A DNA stretch of 64,000 nucleotides from an uncultured Dehalococcoidia bacterium (GCA_958295685.2 OY282365.1:702975-766974); one strand, 5' to 3'. Positions 51,938-62,766 are shown, counted from the first letter of the stretch. Notes: generated by a model not told the origin, from the sequence alone. Numbers and translations are program-made.

Positions 51938-53425
51938 TCACGCAGTCAGAACGTCGGCGGCGGCGGCGGCAAGCCTGAGAAGCGGAGCGGGGTAGACGCC
52001 AAAGAAGGCAGTCCCCGCGAAGGCCGCGAAGACGGCCAGGCGCAGCGGCATCCCCGGCCCGATCGGCTCACGCGAGGCCGGCGGCGACAGATACATGACC
52101 TTGACGACCCGCAGGTAGTAGTAGGCGGAGACGACGCTATTCATGACGCCGACGATGGCCAGCCACTCCAGGTTCGTCTCCACCGCCGAGCCGAAGATGT
52201 AGACCTTGGTGACGAACCCCACCGCGGGGGGGAGGCCTATGAGAGACACCATGGCGAAGGCGAGGACACCCGCGAGGTAGGGCGACCTCACAGCCATGCC
52301 CGCGAAGTCGTCTATGGCGTCGCTGCCGATCCGCTCCGATACCGCGATGACCACCGTGAACGCGGCCAGATTGGTGGCCGCGTAGCCGCCTATGTAGAAG
52401 AGGACGCCCGACGGTCCGGAGCTGCCCCCGTCGGCCGCGCGCGCTATCGCGGCGACGCCGACCATCAGGTACCCGGCGTGGGCTATGGTGCTGTAGGCCA
52501 GAAGCCTCTTTATGTTGTCCTGGCGTATGGCGATCAGGTTGCCTATCGACATGGAGAGCGCCGCCAGGACCGCGAATACCATGCCCCACTCGCTCAGCGT
52601 GTCGAAGGCCGTGTAGAAGACCCGCAGAACGACCGCGAAACCGGCGGCCTTGCTCGCGACGGATAGAAACGCGGTGACCGGCGTCGGTGAACCCTCGTAG
52701 ACGTCGGGAGCCCACATCTGGAACGGGAAACTGGTTATCTTGAAGCCGAACCCGGCGATGATCAGGACCACCCCGAACATCAGGGCATGACTCCCAAACG
52801 GGGCGTCGAGGCTCAGGTCGATCTCGTGGAGCCTCGCCGACACGTCGGCAAGGCTGGTGCTGCCGGTGAGTCCGTAGACCATCACCATGCCGTAGAGCAG
52901 GACCGCCGAGCTGACTGCGCTCAGTATCAGGAACTTCATGCCCGACTCGGTGGATCTGGCGTCACGGTTGAAAGCGGCCAGGGCAGCGATTGGAAGAGCA
53001 GTTAGCTCCAGCGCTACGTATATGGTTATCAACTCGACGGCGGAGGCCAGCAGCATCATCCCCGCAGCCGAGAAAAGCATCAGTGAATAGTACTCAGCCC
53101 GGAACCGCTCGAAGTTCCGGGCGTAGCCGGTGGAAGCCAGCACGACGACCGACGTGGCCGCTATGATCAGGAACTTGAAGAACAGCGCGAACTTGTCGAC
53201 TTCGAGTGTGGATGCAAGCACGCTGTTATCGAGGACGATCCCGGCAGAACTGTCTAGGTCGAACCAGAGGGATATGGCGAAGCCCAGAGGAACCGCCATG
53301 CCGATGACTGCCACGAGCGGCAGCGCCCACTTCCGCCGGACAACGAGGTCCAGCAGCACCAAGAACAGGGCCAGACCCGTCATTCCAAGCTCGGGAGAGA
53401 GTGCGTATAGGTCCTGGATCGTCAT
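51938..53425 (-). CDS. nuoN: NADH-quinone oxidoreductase subunit N
   Basis: This 495-aa antiporter-like subunit is the last gene of the nuo operon. Confidence 0.85.
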   Translation of the reverse strand: MTIQDLYALSPELGMTGLALFLVLLDLVVRRKWALPLVAVIGMAVPLGFAISLWFDLDSSAGIVLDNSVLASTLEVDKFALFFKFLIIAATSVVVLASTGYARNFERFRAEYYSLMLFSAAGMMLLASAVELITIYVALELTALPIAALAAFNRDARSTESGMKFLILSAVSSAVLLYGMVMVYGLTGSTSLADVSARLHEIDLSLDAPFGSHALMFGVVLIIAGFGFKITSFPFQMWAPDVYEGSPTPVTAFLSVASKAAGFAVVLRVFYTAFDTLSEWGMVFAVLAALSMSIGNLIAIRQDNIKRLLAYSTIAHAGYLMVGVAAIARAADGGSSGPSGVLFYIGGYAATNLAAFTVVIAVSERIGSDAIDDFAGMAVRSPYLAGVLAFAMVSLIGLPPAVGFVTKVYIFGSAVETNLEWLAIVGVMNSVVSAYYYLRVVKVMYLSPPASREPIGPGMPLRLAVFAAFAGTAFFGVYPAPLLRLAAAAADVLTA

Positions 53426-53471
53426 TTCAGCCAGGCCAACCTGCGTAAGTTCCGAAGACGATTCGCGCGGT

Positions 53472-54989
53472 TCATCGTCCGGCCATCTCCTGTATGAACG
53501 CCGCGATAGGCTCCACGCCTGCCGTGAAGGTGTCCGATATGACCGACGGGTAGATGCCCACGGCCAGGACCGCGGCGGCTAGGACGCCCACGGGAACGGC
53601 CTCCAGGACGGTCGCGTCTCTGACGTCCGCGAACCGTTCTCTCTGAGGGCCGAACAGGGCCCGCTGCAGCAGCCAGAGGATGTATCCGGCAGCCAGCACG
53701 ACCCCGAACGCTGCCAGAGCCGTTGGCCAGCTCCAGACCTCGAAGCTGCCCAGGAATACGGTTATCTCCGACACGAACCCGCCGGTGCCCGGCAGTCCCA
53801 GCGACGCCAGTCCGGCGAGGACCAGCGCCGACGCCAGGACGGGCATACGCGTAGCCAGCCCTCCCAGGTCCACTATGTAGCGTGTGTGCGCCTTCTCGTA
53901 CACGTACCCGACCAGCAGAAACAGGAGGCCGGTGATGATCCCATGGGTGAACATCTGGAGGGACGCGCCCGCCAGACCGACCGGAGAGACCACGCCGCCG
54001 ACGCCGACCACGGACGCTATCCCAACGAGAACGAACCCCATGTGGCTGATGCTGCTGAAGGCGATGAGCCGCTTCAGGTCGGTCTGGCGCAGGGTGACGA
54101 GCGCGCCGTACAGCACGTTTATCACCCCGGCGGTCACTATGAGCCATCCGAAGTCGGATATGACCTCGGGGAACATTCCCGCCGATACCCGGATCATCCC
54201 GTAGCCGCCCATCTTCAACAGCACTCCCGCCAACATCACGCTGGCGGCGGTCGGCGCGTCGGTGTGGGCGTCGGGCAGCCACGTATGCAGCGGCCACACG
54301 GGCAGCTTCACCGCAAAGGCCACGAAGAACAGCGCGAATATGACACCGGCCGGCATGACCAGGCCCGACGCGGCCCGCAACGCCTCCGGCATGACGGTCA
54401 TGTCGAATTCGCCTGTGGAGAAGTACAGCGCCACTATCCCCACCAGCATGAAGGCGCCGCCGAGGATCGTGAATATGAGGAACTTCATGGCCGAGTACTC
54501 TTTACGCCCGCTCCCCCAGACCGATATGAGGAAGAACATGGGCACGAGCTCGAGCTCCCAGAACAGGAAGAACAGGAAGAAGTCGAGCGACGTGAACACC
54601 CCCATCACGGCCGTTTGGAGCACCAGCAGCCAGACGAAGTACTCGCGGACGCGGTCCCGGACGCTCCAAGAGGCGAAGACGGCGACCATGCCGAGCAGGC
54701 CGGTGAGCAGCACCATCGGAGCGCTGAGGCCGTCGACGCCCAGGAAGTACTCGACGGGGAACCGCTCCATCGCCGCCCAGCCGTCGAACCGATCCACCAG
54801 CTGGTATCGCGGCGCGCCTGCCGAGGCATCATACTGCGCGAATACGACGACGGAGAGCGCGAGCTCGGCCAGCGCAACGGCGCCGGCGATCACGCGAACG
54901 CTCACGGCGCCTCTCGCAAGAAAGACTATGAGCGCCGCCCCCGCCAGGGGCAGGAACACGACCGCGGTCAGCAGCCCTGTGAAGTCCAA
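53472..54989 (-). CDS. nuoM: NADH-quinone oxidoreductase subunit M
   Basis: This 505-aa antiporter-like subunit carries WLPDAHTDAPTAASV. Confidence 0.85.
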   Translation of the reverse strand: MDFTGLLTAVVFLPLAGAALIVFLARGAVSVRVIAGAVALAELALSVVVFAQYDASAGAPRYQLVDRFDGWAAMERFPVEYFLGVDGLSAPMVLLTGLLGMVAVFASWSVRDRVREYFVWLLVLQTAVMGVFTSLDFFLFFLFWELELVPMFFLISVWGSGRKEYSAMKFLIFTILGGAFMLVGIVALYFSTGEFDMTVMPEALRAASGLVMPAGVIFALFFVAFAVKLPVWPLHTWLPDAHTDAPTAASVMLAGVLLKMGGYGMIRVSAGMFPEVISDFGWLIVTAGVINVLYGALVTLRQTDLKRLIAFSSISHMGFVLVGIASVVGVGGVVSPVGLAGASLQMFTHGIITGLLFLLVGYVYEKAHTRYIVDLGGLATRMPVLASALVLAGLASLGLPGTGGFVSEITVFLGSFEVWSWPTALAAFGVVLAAGYILWLLQRALFGPQRERFADVRDATVLEAVPVGVLAAAVLAVGIYPSVISDTFTAGVEPIAAFIQEMAGR

Positions 54990-54998
54990 CCCATCCCC

Positions 54999-56951
54999 CT
55001 AAGAGAAGAAGAGATACAGCCCCAGTATCGTCAGGATGCCCAACGAGACGGCCATCCCGTATACCTGGAGCTGTCCGGTCTGCGCCTGCCGGAGCGCCCC
55101 GCCGACGTTCGCTCCGAGCCACCCGATGCCGTTTGCCGTCCGGTCGACGATCGACTTGTCCGTCCAGTCCAGCGCGTAGGCCAACCCGCCGTACAGTCCG
55201 CGCCGCACCCCGTAAAGCTCGTAAGCCTCGTCCACGTAGTACTTGCGGTATAGAAGCCTGTGCGCCGGCGCGAGCCGCCGTGACAGCCGCTCCGGAGAGA
55301 TACGCTTTGCGGAGTACATGAGATACGCCAGCCCGATTCCCGCCAGCGCCGCCAGGGTCGAGAACGCCGCCAGGCCCAGATTGATCGTCGAGTGCTTCTC
55401 TCCGAGGAATTCGGTCAGCCAGAAGCTCGGGATCAGACCCAGGTCGACGGTCGGATTGGCCGCGAATCCGGCCAGGACGGCGCCGATCGAGAGCACGGCC
55501 AGCGGCACGACCATGACCGCAGGCGATTCGGCAAGATGCGCGCCTCCGCCGTGCGGGTCGGCGTCCGGATCGGCATCCGCGCCGCCCCGGAACTCGCCCC
55601 CGAAGACCATGAACAGCACGCGGAAGATGTAGAACGCCGTCATGAAGACGGCGGCCAAGGCCAGCCAGAAAACGACCTGGCTTACCAACTCACCGTGTCT
55701 CCATGCCTCCGCCAGGATCTCATCCTTGCTCCAGAAGCCGGCCAGGGGGAATATCCCCGCAAGGCTGAGACTGCCCAGCAGAAAGGTGCCGTAGGTCCAC
55801 GGCATCACCTTTCGGAGACCTCCCATGTACCGCATGTCGAAGGTGCCGGTCGCGTGGTTCACGCTGCCGGATCCGAGAAACAGCAGGGCCTTGAAGAATG
55901 CGTGAGTGAACAGATGGAAGATGGCCGGGGCCAGGGCGCCGACTCCCAGGGCCAGCATCATGAAACCGAGCTGGCTTATCGTCGAATAGGCCAATACCCG
56001 CTTGACGTCGTTCATCACCAGTCCCATGGACGCGGCGAACAGGGCCGTGACTCCTCCGACTATGGCCACGGTGTCGAGGGCCGCCGGGGACACCTCGAAG
56101 ACAGGGTAGAACCGGGCCACCAGGAACACCCCTGCGGCGACCATGGTAGCGGCGTGGATGAGGGCGCTGACGGGAGTGGGCCCCTCCATCGCATCGGGCA
56201 GCCAGGTATGCAGGGGGAGCTGAGCCGACTTGCCCACCGCGCCCGCGAAGATACCCAGCGCGATCCACGTAGCCGCGCCGCCGCCGATGAGGCCCAGGGT
56301 TGCGGCAGCGTGGATATCGGTGATTTCGAGCACGTTGAGGTTCGCGCCGAAAGCCTCCCTGTTGAAGAAGAGGTACATGATGCCAAGCAGGAAGCCCAAG
56401 TCGCCTATCCGGGTGACGATGAACGCCTTCTTCGCCGCGGCCGCGGCCGCAGGCTTCTGGTACCAGAAGCCTATCAGCAGATAGGAACACAGGCCGACCA
56501 GTTCCCAGAACACGAAGAGTTGCACGATGTTGCTGGCCAGCACCAGGCCTATCATCGAGGCGGTGAACAGCGACATGTAGGCGTAGTAGCGTGCATAGCC
56601 GGGGTCTCCCCTCATGTAACCCGTCGAGTAGACCTGCACCATGAGGCTGACCGCCGTTGCCACGACGAGCATGATCGCCGTCAGCGGGTCGAGCATGACG
56701 CCCACGTTGAGGTCGAGAGGCCCGATCTCCATCCAATCGTGGGTCCAGAGCAGCGCGGTAGATTCGCCCCGCGCCTGGACGCTCCCGAGGGCCCAGACCG
56801 ACAGAGCGAGCGAAGCCCCAACCGCCGCGATGGTCAGATGGCCCGCGGCAGCGGCGTACCTGTTCAGGAATGGCCTTATGAACAGCGCTATGACCACAAA
56901 TGAGGCCAGCGGGAGGAAGAATATGAGCCAGACTAAAAGTTCGTCGATCAT
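54999..56951 (-). CDS. nuoL: NADH-quinone oxidoreductase subunit L
   Basis: The 650-aa product carries WLPDAMEGPTPVSALIHAATMV and a long C-terminal helix region. Confidence 0.9.
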   Translation of the reverse strand: MIDELLVWLIFFLPLASFVVIALFIRPFLNRYAAAAGHLTIAAVGASLALSVWALGSVQARGESTALLWTHDWMEIGPLDLNVGVMLDPLTAIMLVVATAVSLMVQVYSTGYMRGDPGYARYYAYMSLFTASMIGLVLASNIVQLFVFWELVGLCSYLLIGFWYQKPAAAAAAKKAFIVTRIGDLGFLLGIMYLFFNREAFGANLNVLEITDIHAAATLGLIGGGAATWIALGIFAGAVGKSAQLPLHTWLPDAMEGPTPVSALIHAATMVAAGVFLVARFYPVFEVSPAALDTVAIVGGVTALFAASMGLVMNDVKRVLAYSTISQLGFMMLALGVGALAPAIFHLFTHAFFKALLFLGSGSVNHATGTFDMRYMGGLRKVMPWTYGTFLLGSLSLAGIFPLAGFWSKDEILAEAWRHGELVSQVVFWLALAAVFMTAFYIFRVLFMVFGGEFRGGADADPDADPHGGGAHLAESPAVMVVPLAVLSIGAVLAGFAANPTVDLGLIPSFWLTEFLGEKHSTINLGLAAFSTLAALAGIGLAYLMYSAKRISPERLSRRLAPAHRLLYRKYYVDEAYELYGVRRGLYGGLAYALDWTDKSIVDRTANGIGWLGANVGGALRQAQTGQLQVYGMAVSLGILTILGLYLFFS

Positions 56952-57001
56952 GGGTTATCGTTACGGATGCCTGTACTTCATGGAGCGCCCGATGAAGCTC
57001 A

Positions 57002-57196
57002 CTACAGTTTTCGCAATATCTCGTCGGCGACGTGCTCGCGTCCCTTGGGCACCAGCACTCGAAACGCCACGCGCTCGCCCCAGGTGAGGATATCGCCTTC
57101 CGGCACAATCTTCGTGGTCAGCCCCTCAGACTCAAGCGTGTTCTTCCACATTTCCGCGGTCATCAGATTCGGCGCCCTCTTGTAATCGACCCACAC
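57002..57196 (-). CDS. small DUF2007-like protein inserted between nuoK and nuoL
   Basis: The 64-aa product reads …AEMWKNTLESEGLTTKIV…FRVLVPKGREHVADEIL. By eye it resembles the putative signal-transducing DUF2007 domain. Confidence 0.5.
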   Translation of the reverse strand: MWVDYKRAPNLMTAEMWKNTLESEGLTTKIVPEGDILTWGERVAFRVLVPKGREHVADEILRKL

Positions 57197-57205
57197 GTTT
57201 AATAC

Positions 57206-57547
57206 CTAATTCCTCAACTGGTTGGCGTCTGTGACTAAGACAGTCTGGCGGCTCCTGTAAACCGCTATCACTATGGCGAGACCGAGAGCTACCTCAGCCG
57301 CCGCGACCGTGATTATGAAGACCGCGAAGACCTGTCCGGTGAGAACTGCCCCCGCCGCGCCCTCCACGCCCCCGATGACCGCGCTCGGCGCCACGTATCG
57401 GGAGAAGGCCACCGCGGTAATAGTGACGGCGTTGAACATGAGCTCGACGCACATCAGCACCGTGATGGCGTTGCGCTTGGTAAGAGCGCCGTAGAGGCCG
57501 ATGGAGAATATGACGGCGCCAACGATCAGGAAGCTCTCCAGACTCAT
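57206..57547 (-). CDS. nuoK: NADH-quinone oxidoreductase subunit K
   Basis: The product from the ATG at 57547 reads MSLESFLIVGAVIFSIGLYGALTKRNAITVLMCVELMFNAV. Confidence 0.9.
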   Translation of the reverse strand: MSLESFLIVGAVIFSIGLYGALTKRNAITVLMCVELMFNAVTITAVAFSRYVAPSAVIGGVEGAAGAVLTGQVFAVFIITVAAAEVALGLAIVIAVYRSRQTVLVTDANQLRN

Positions 57548-57551
57548 CCGA

Positions 57552-58115
57552 TCACCTTTCGCGCACGAGCGCGAGCGCTCCAATGATAGCCGTCAGCAGC
57601 AGCACCGACGCGGCCTCGAACGGGAGCACGAAGTCTCTGATCAGCAGTCTGGCTACCACCGGGATAGCGTTGGAGAACACACCCCCCACTTCGCCGGCCA
57701 TCCCGGCCGCGGCGCCGCCGGGCGACAGCGCGGGCTCCAGCATGTTCCATTCGGTGTGCAGGGCTACGAATATGGCGACCGCGCCGAACAGCGCGGCGAT
57801 AATCCCCACGGGCACCACGACCCTGGAGTTGGACGGGCTGCCCGTCTCGACGTCACGATTCATCAGAATGACGAACAGTATCAGAACCGACACGGCCCCC
57901 ACGTAGATGAGCACCTGCACGGCCGCAAGGAACTCCGCCCGCAGCAGAATGAACAGCCCCGCCACGCCTATGAAGGAGACGATGAGGAACAGCGCGGACC
58001 TGAACAGGTTCTTCGACTGGACCACAGCTATCGCCGCGACGATGAGCGAGACCGCTATCGTCCAGAAGACCACGTCGACCAGCAGCGAGCCTTCCGTGCC
58101 CTGACCCAGTGTCAT
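57552..58115 (-). CDS. nuoJ: NADH-quinone oxidoreductase subunit J
   Basis: The ATG at 58115 overlaps the nuoI stop (ATGA). The sequence includes NLFRSALFLIVSFIGVAGLFILLRAEFLAAVQVLIYVGAVSVL. The longer ORF to 58742 is out of frame with nuoI. Confidence 0.85.
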   Translation of the reverse strand: MTLGQGTEGSLLVDVVFWTIAVSLIVAAIAVVQSKNLFRSALFLIVSFIGVAGLFILLRAEFLAAVQVLIYVGAVSVLILFVILMNRDVETGSPSNSRVVVPVGIIAALFGAVAIFVALHTEWNMLEPALSPGGAAAGMAGEVGGVFSNAIPVVARLLIRDFVLPFEAASVLLLTAIIGALALVRER

Positions 58116-58783
58116 CGCCTGGCCCACCTCTCTTCGAGCTCGGCGGCGTCGGGCGTAGCGTGCCGGCCGACGTCCCTCCAGGAGATCTCCTCGCCGTCCA
58201 GAGGCCGATATCCCTTTGCCTCCAGCTGCGGACGAAACCAGGCGCTGGGACGTTTTGGGGCTCTCCGCAGGCGGTCCACGTCGATCACGAGCTCGCGCCG
58301 CTCGTATCTGCCCTCTTCGAAGCCGCTCCCCATGTGGATGGCGTCGTATGGACACGCCTCTACGCAGAGCCCGCAGAACATGCACCGGCCGATGTCGATG
58401 TCGAAGACGTCGATGGCATACTTCTCGCCCTCCTGCATCGCCTCGCCGCTGGGATGGGTGACTATCTTGATGATGCCGAGCGGGCAGTATTTGGCGCAGC
58501 TCGCGCACCCCGTACAGCGCTCCTCGTACCAGGCAAACTCCTCTCCACGGAAGCGAGGGTGCTGGGGCATCCGGTCCTCCAGGGTCGCCAGCCCGACCAG
58601 AGACTTGACGGCCATCCCGGGCCGCCTGAACAGATAGGCGAAGACGTTGGTGTTCGCGTGCTTGGCGAGTCCGAACAGCCCCACACGCCGGTCCGGGTAC
58701 TGGTGGAGAGTGAACTGGCGTCCGGGGGATACCATGTTCCACATAGTGACCGTGAGCCCCTTCAGAAGTCCCAATCCATACAT
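58112..58783 (-). CDS. nuoI: NADH-quinone oxidoreductase subunit I
   Basis: Two 4Fe-4S motifs are present: CTGCASCAKYCP and CMFCGLCVEACP. Confidence 0.9.
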   Translation of the reverse strand: MYGLGLLKGLTVTMWNMVSPGRQFTLHQYPDRRVGLFGLAKHANTNVFAYLFRRPGMAVKSLVGLATLEDRMPQHPRFRGEEFAWYEERCTGCASCAKYCPLGIIKIVTHPSGEAMQEGEKYAIDVFDIDIGRCMFCGLCVEACPYDAIHMGSGFEEGRYERRELVIDVDRLRRAPKRPSAWFRPQLEAKGYRPLDGEEISWRDVGRHATPDAAELEERWARR

Positions 58784-58784
58784 G

Positions 58785-60038
58785 TCAGTCAGCCTCCGCG
58801 TACATGTCGGCCAGAGGAGAAGGAGTGGGCTCGGGCCGTCTCGAATGCCTACCCCGGGCCAGCAGGGACAGCACGCCTATCGACACCAGGGTAACAGGCC
58901 AGTTTATGGCGGCCATGATCCACAATGTGTCTACCGAAAGCTCTCCCCCGACACCCCTGAAAACCTCAATCTCAACGGCCACCAGAAACAGGTTGAATAT
59001 GGAGAGCGCAAAGAGGCCCTTCCAGGCAAAGCCCATGATCTGGTCGATTCTGAGCCTCGGCCACGTTGCCCTCACCCACAGCAGCAGGAAGACGACGGCG
59101 AAGACCTTGAGCGCGAACCATGCCTGGCCGGGCACAGGGTCGAAGCCCCGGGTGCCGCCCAGGAACAGGGTTGTGATGATGACCGCCGTAACGATTGGCG
59201 CCATGAACTCGGCGAGCTGGAAGACGGCGAACTTGGCACCGCTGTACTCCGTGTGGTAGCCGGACCCCAGCTCCGACTCCGCCTCGATCTGGTCGAACGG
59301 GGTGCGGCTCATCTCCGCGGTGGCAGCCGCGGCGAACACCAGGAACGCCAGCGGCGTGACCAGCAAGAAAGGCAGCACCTGAGATTCGACGATCTTGGAC
59401 AACGCGAGCGAACTGACGTCCGCGAATCCTTCCGAACCGGCGGGAAGAGACGGCCCAACCAGCAGCAGCACACCCGCAATGGCCAGGGCCATCGGCACCT
59501 CGTAGCTTATCAGCATCGCCACGCCGCGCATGGAACCCAGCATGGCGTACCTATTCCCGGATGCCCAGCCGCCAACGAATATCGCTATCGTGCTGACGGA
59601 GGTCACGCCAACGATGAACAGGACACCGATGTTCAGCCTTCCGAGGAACGAGTCCTTGCCCAGCGGAATGACCGCCACTACCAGAAGCATCGGCACCATG
59701 AGCAGAACGGGGGCAATGGTAAACGCCGGCCTGTCGGCCTCGTCCGGTATCGTGTCCTCTTTGGTAATCAGCTTTATGGCGTCGGCAATAGGCTGGAGAA
59801 TGCCGAACGGGCCCCAGCGGTTCGGGCCCAGACGCACCTGGAACCGTCCGAGCGTCCGGCGCTCGAACCACGTGTACAGGGCGGTCGAAATCATAAGCGC
59901 GTTGATGACCAGTAACGCTAGGACGAAACTGGTCAGCCCAAACGCCAGCCACCCGGGGATATCCCAGCCGAAGACCGGGCCGGCAGCGAAGAACTCGTAG
60001 ATGCTGTGGAAGTCCAGGCTAACGATCCACCTCCCCAA
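58785..60038 (-). CDS. nuoH: NADH-quinone oxidoreductase subunit H
   Basis: The sequence reads WFERRTLGRFQVRLGPNRWGPFGILQPIADAIKL. Confidence 0.9.
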   Translation of the reverse strand: MGRWIVSLDFHSIYEFFAAGPVFGWDIPGWLAFGLTSFVLALLVINALMISTALYTWFERRTLGRFQVRLGPNRWGPFGILQPIADAIKLITKEDTIPDEADRPAFTIAPVLLMVPMLLVVAVIPLGKDSFLGRLNIGVLFIVGVTSVSTIAIFVGGWASGNRYAMLGSMRGVAMLISYEVPMALAIAGVLLLVGPSLPAGSEGFADVSSLALSKIVESQVLPFLLVTPLAFLVFAAAATAEMSRTPFDQIEAESELGSGYHTEYSGAKFAVFQLAEFMAPIVTAVIITTLFLGGTRGFDPVPGQAWFALKVFAVVFLLLWVRATWPRLRIDQIMGFAWKGLFALSIFNLFLVAVEIEVFRGVGGELSVDTLWIMAAINWPVTLVSIGVLSLLARGRHSRRPEPTPSPLADMYAEAD

Positions 60039-61122
60039 GCACCACGTCGATCGAGCCGAATATGACGATCAGATCGCTCATCTTCCAGCCCACGACCATC
60101 TTCTTCAGCGGGGTCAGGTTGATGAACGACGGCGCTCGAATCTTGCACCGGTAGGGAGCGATGCTGCGGTCGCTCACGAGGTAGAAGCCCAGCTCGCCCT
60201 TTGGTCCCTCCACGGCTGCATAGGCGTCACCCTCCGGCGGCCTCAGATTGTATGGGAGGTCCGGCCTGACCGGCCCCTCCGGGATACGCTCGACGCACTG
60301 CCGTATGATGCGCAGGCTCTCCCGCATCTCCTGTATCCGCACCAGATACCGATCGAAGGTGTCCCCTGAGGCTCCTATCGGAACGTCGAAGTCGAGACGG
60401 TCGTAGACCTCGTACGGATCGGCCTTGCGGATATCCCACTTGACACCGGCCGCGCGCAGCATGGGCCCGGTCACAGAGTCGGCCACCGCCTGCTCGTCGG
60501 AGAGCACCCCGACTCCTCTCGTCCTCGCAAGGACGACCTCGTTGCCGGTTATCAGGCTCTCGAGCTCGCCGATGTAGCCCGGCTCATCGGCGAGAAAGGT
60601 GTCGAGCGCTGCCCAGAAATCATCGGGGGCATCCTGGAAAACGCCGCCCGGCCGCATATAACTCAACGTAATCCGCGCCCCGCAGAGCATCTCGAACATG
60701 TCGAGTATCCTCTCACGCTCCCGGAAACAGTACATCAACGGCGTCGCAAAGGCCCCCATGTCGTTCAGGAGAAACCCCGTGGCCATCATGTGGCTCGCTA
60801 TCCGCTGGAGCTCGGCCGCGATCACTCGCAGGTACATCGCGCGCTCCGGCACCTCGATACCGGCCAGCTTCTCCACCGCCCTGACGTAGGCGAGGTTGTT
60901 GGACATGCTGGCCACGTAGTCGAGACGGTCGGTGAGAGTTACGACCTGCACGTAAGACCTGGATTCGGCCAGCTTCTCGGTGCCGCGGTGCAGGTACCCG
61001 AACACAGGCTCCACGTCCAGGATCTCCTCGCCGTCGAACGTCACCCGCAGCCTGAACACCCCATGGGTGGAGGGATGCTGCGGCCCGAGGTTTATGGTTA
61101 TCGGCTCGGTCTTGATCGCCAA
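60019..61122 (-). CDS. nuoD: NADH-quinone oxidoreductase subunit D
   Basis: The sequence reads NLGPQHPSTHGVFRL…YLHRGTEKL…DVVLGEVDR. Confidence 0.9.
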   Translation of the reverse strand: MAIKTEPITINLGPQHPSTHGVFRLRVTFDGEEILDVEPVFGYLHRGTEKLAESRSYVQVVTLTDRLDYVASMSNNLAYVRAVEKLAGIEVPERAMYLRVIAAELQRIASHMMATGFLLNDMGAFATPLMYCFRERERILDMFEMLCGARITLSYMRPGGVFQDAPDDFWAALDTFLADEPGYIGELESLITGNEVVLARTRGVGVLSDEQAVADSVTGPMLRAAGVKWDIRKADPYEVYDRLDFDVPIGASGDTFDRYLVRIQEMRESLRIIRQCVERIPEGPVRPDLPYNLRPPEGDAYAAVEGPKGELGFYLVSDRSIAPYRCKIRAPSFINLTPLKKMVVGWKMSDLIVIFGSIDVVLGEVDR

Positions 61123-61123
61123 G

Positions 61124-61567
61124 CTAGCCTAGGTAGTCCTTTCTGAGCGGATGCCCCGGATAACCCTCCCAGAGCAGTATACGCTTCAGGTTCGGGTGAC
61201 TCTCGAACCTGATCCCCATCAGGTCCCATATCTCACGCTCCTGGAGATCGGCGCCGGGCCACCACTCGACCAGCGACGGCGCCGCCGGCTCGTCCCGACC
61301 GAATAGCCGAGTCTTCACAACGACGCTGTGGTTTCGACGCATCGACAGCAGATGATAGACGAGCTCGAAGTGCTCGACGTAGTCGACCGCCGTCACAGAG
61401 GTCAGGGTGGCGAAGTCGAGACCCGGCGTGTCCCTCAGGAAGCCGGCCACGTCGGTGAGCGAGCCTATCTCGACCCATACGTCAGTGTCATTGGACGCAA
61501 CGGCAGCCCCGGCGTGGGCCTCGTTGATGCGGCGTGCAACATCCCTGCCGTCCAGCGCCCTCGTCAC
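61124..61567 (-). CDS. nuoC: NADH-quinone oxidoreductase subunit C
   Basis: The sequence reads …[30 protein letters not shown]. Confidence 0.85.
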   Translation of the reverse strand: MTRALDGRDVARRINEAHAGAAVASNDTDVWVEIGSLTDVAGFLRDTPGLDFATLTSVTAVDYVEHFELVYHLLSMRRNHSVVVKTRLFGRDEPAAPSLVEWWPGADLQEREIWDLMGIRFESHPNLKRILLWEGYPGHPLRKDYLG

Positions 61568-62196
61568 TGTCCGTCCGAAGGTCTCCGGCGCTTCAAGGAG
61601 TAGCGCCTGATCTTCTCGTGCAGCTGCATGATCCCGTAGAGGAGCGCGTCAGGTCTCGGAGGACACCCCGGAACATAGACGTCGACGGGGATGATGTGGT
61701 TGACACCCGGAACCACGCTGTAAGAGCCGTAATAGGGGCCTCCGCTGGTCGCGCACACACCCATGGAAATGACCCACTTGGGCTCGGCCATCTGCTCGTA
61801 GACGCGCTCGATCGCCGGCGCCATCTTCCACGTCACCGTGCCGGCTATGATTATCAGATCGGCCTGGCGCGGCGACGGTCTGAACACCTCCATGCCAAAA
61901 CGGGCAATGTCGAACCTGGACATGGCGCTGGCCATCATCTCGAAGGCGCAGCAGGCCAGACCGAAGGAGAGCGGCCAGACCGCTGACTTCCTCCCCCAGT
62001 TGATCAGCGTGTCCACGGAGGTTATCGCAAGGTTGCGGTCGAGGTCGTCCGGCACCTCGATGATCGGAGACGAGAGCGCCTCGGTGTGAGTCTCCTTGAG
62101 ATGAGCGACGTACTCGCCCTCGGTCCTGTCGATCTCCCAGGTCGCAGCATGAAGCGGCGCCCGAACGTCACCCTCGCCAACCATTTCTAACCCCAT
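61564..62196 (-). CDS. nuoB: NADH-quinone oxidoreductase subunit B
   Basis: The sequence reads [17 protein letters not shown]…GVCATSGG…VPGCPPRP. The start is at 62196 or 62184. The longer ORF to 62427 overlaps nuoA. Confidence 0.85.
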   Translation of the reverse strand: MGLEMVGEGDVRAPLHAATWEIDRTEGEYVAHLKETHTEALSSPIIEVPDDLDRNLAITSVDTLINWGRKSAVWPLSFGLACCAFEMMASAMSRFDIARFGMEVFRPSPRQADLIIIAGTVTWKMAPAIERVYEQMAEPKWVISMGVCATSGGPYYGSYSVVPGVNHIIPVDVYVPGCPPRPDALLYGIMQLHEKIRRYSLKRRRPSDGQ

Positions 62197-62594
62197 TCCA
62201 GCGACCCCTTGCGCCAGGCGTACAGCCAGCCCACGACCAGGATACCTATGAAGGCGGCCATCTCCAGCAAGACGAAAACTCCAAACTCGGCGGACATCGC
62301 CCCGAAGCTCGCGGCCCACGGGAACAGGAACACCACCTCGACGTCGAAGATCACGAACAGCAGCGCCAAGCCGTAATAGCGGAAGTTGAACCGAGTCCAC
62401 CGGCCCCCGATGGTCTCGAAGCCGCACTCGTAAATGCTCCGCTTGACGGCCGTAGGCACGCTGGGTCGGACGTTCACCAGAGACAGCAGCCAGGACACCA
62501 GGAGCATCCCAGTCGGGAGGCCGACGGCCAGGGCCGCAAAGACTGCGATCAGCCCGTAGCGCCGGAAGTAGTCGTCAAGTAGGACTTCTGGCAT
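62187..62594 (-). CDS. nuoA: NADH-quinone oxidoreductase subunit A
   Basis: The 135-aa product includes YECGFETIG…[17 protein letters not shown]. Confidence 0.9.
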   Translation of the reverse strand: MPEVLLDDYFRRYGLIAVFAALAVGLPTGMLLVSWLLSLVNVRPSVPTAVKRSIYECGFETIGGRWTRFNFRYYGLALLFVIFDVEVVFLFPWAASFGAMSAEFGVFVLLEMAAFIGILVVGWLYAWRKGSLEWG

Positions 62595-62766
62595 CGATTC
62601 TGGCTGCGAACCCGCGTCCCCCGGGAGCTAAACCTCCTCGGACCGTAGGGCTGCCGACCGGCAGCCCGGCTGGAATATAGCACAGCGGGACGACCCTTTC
62701 AAGTGAAAAATCCCACAAGCGGCCTGCGGGCAGTCGCCGACCGCGTGAATCGGAGCCGCTCCCGCG

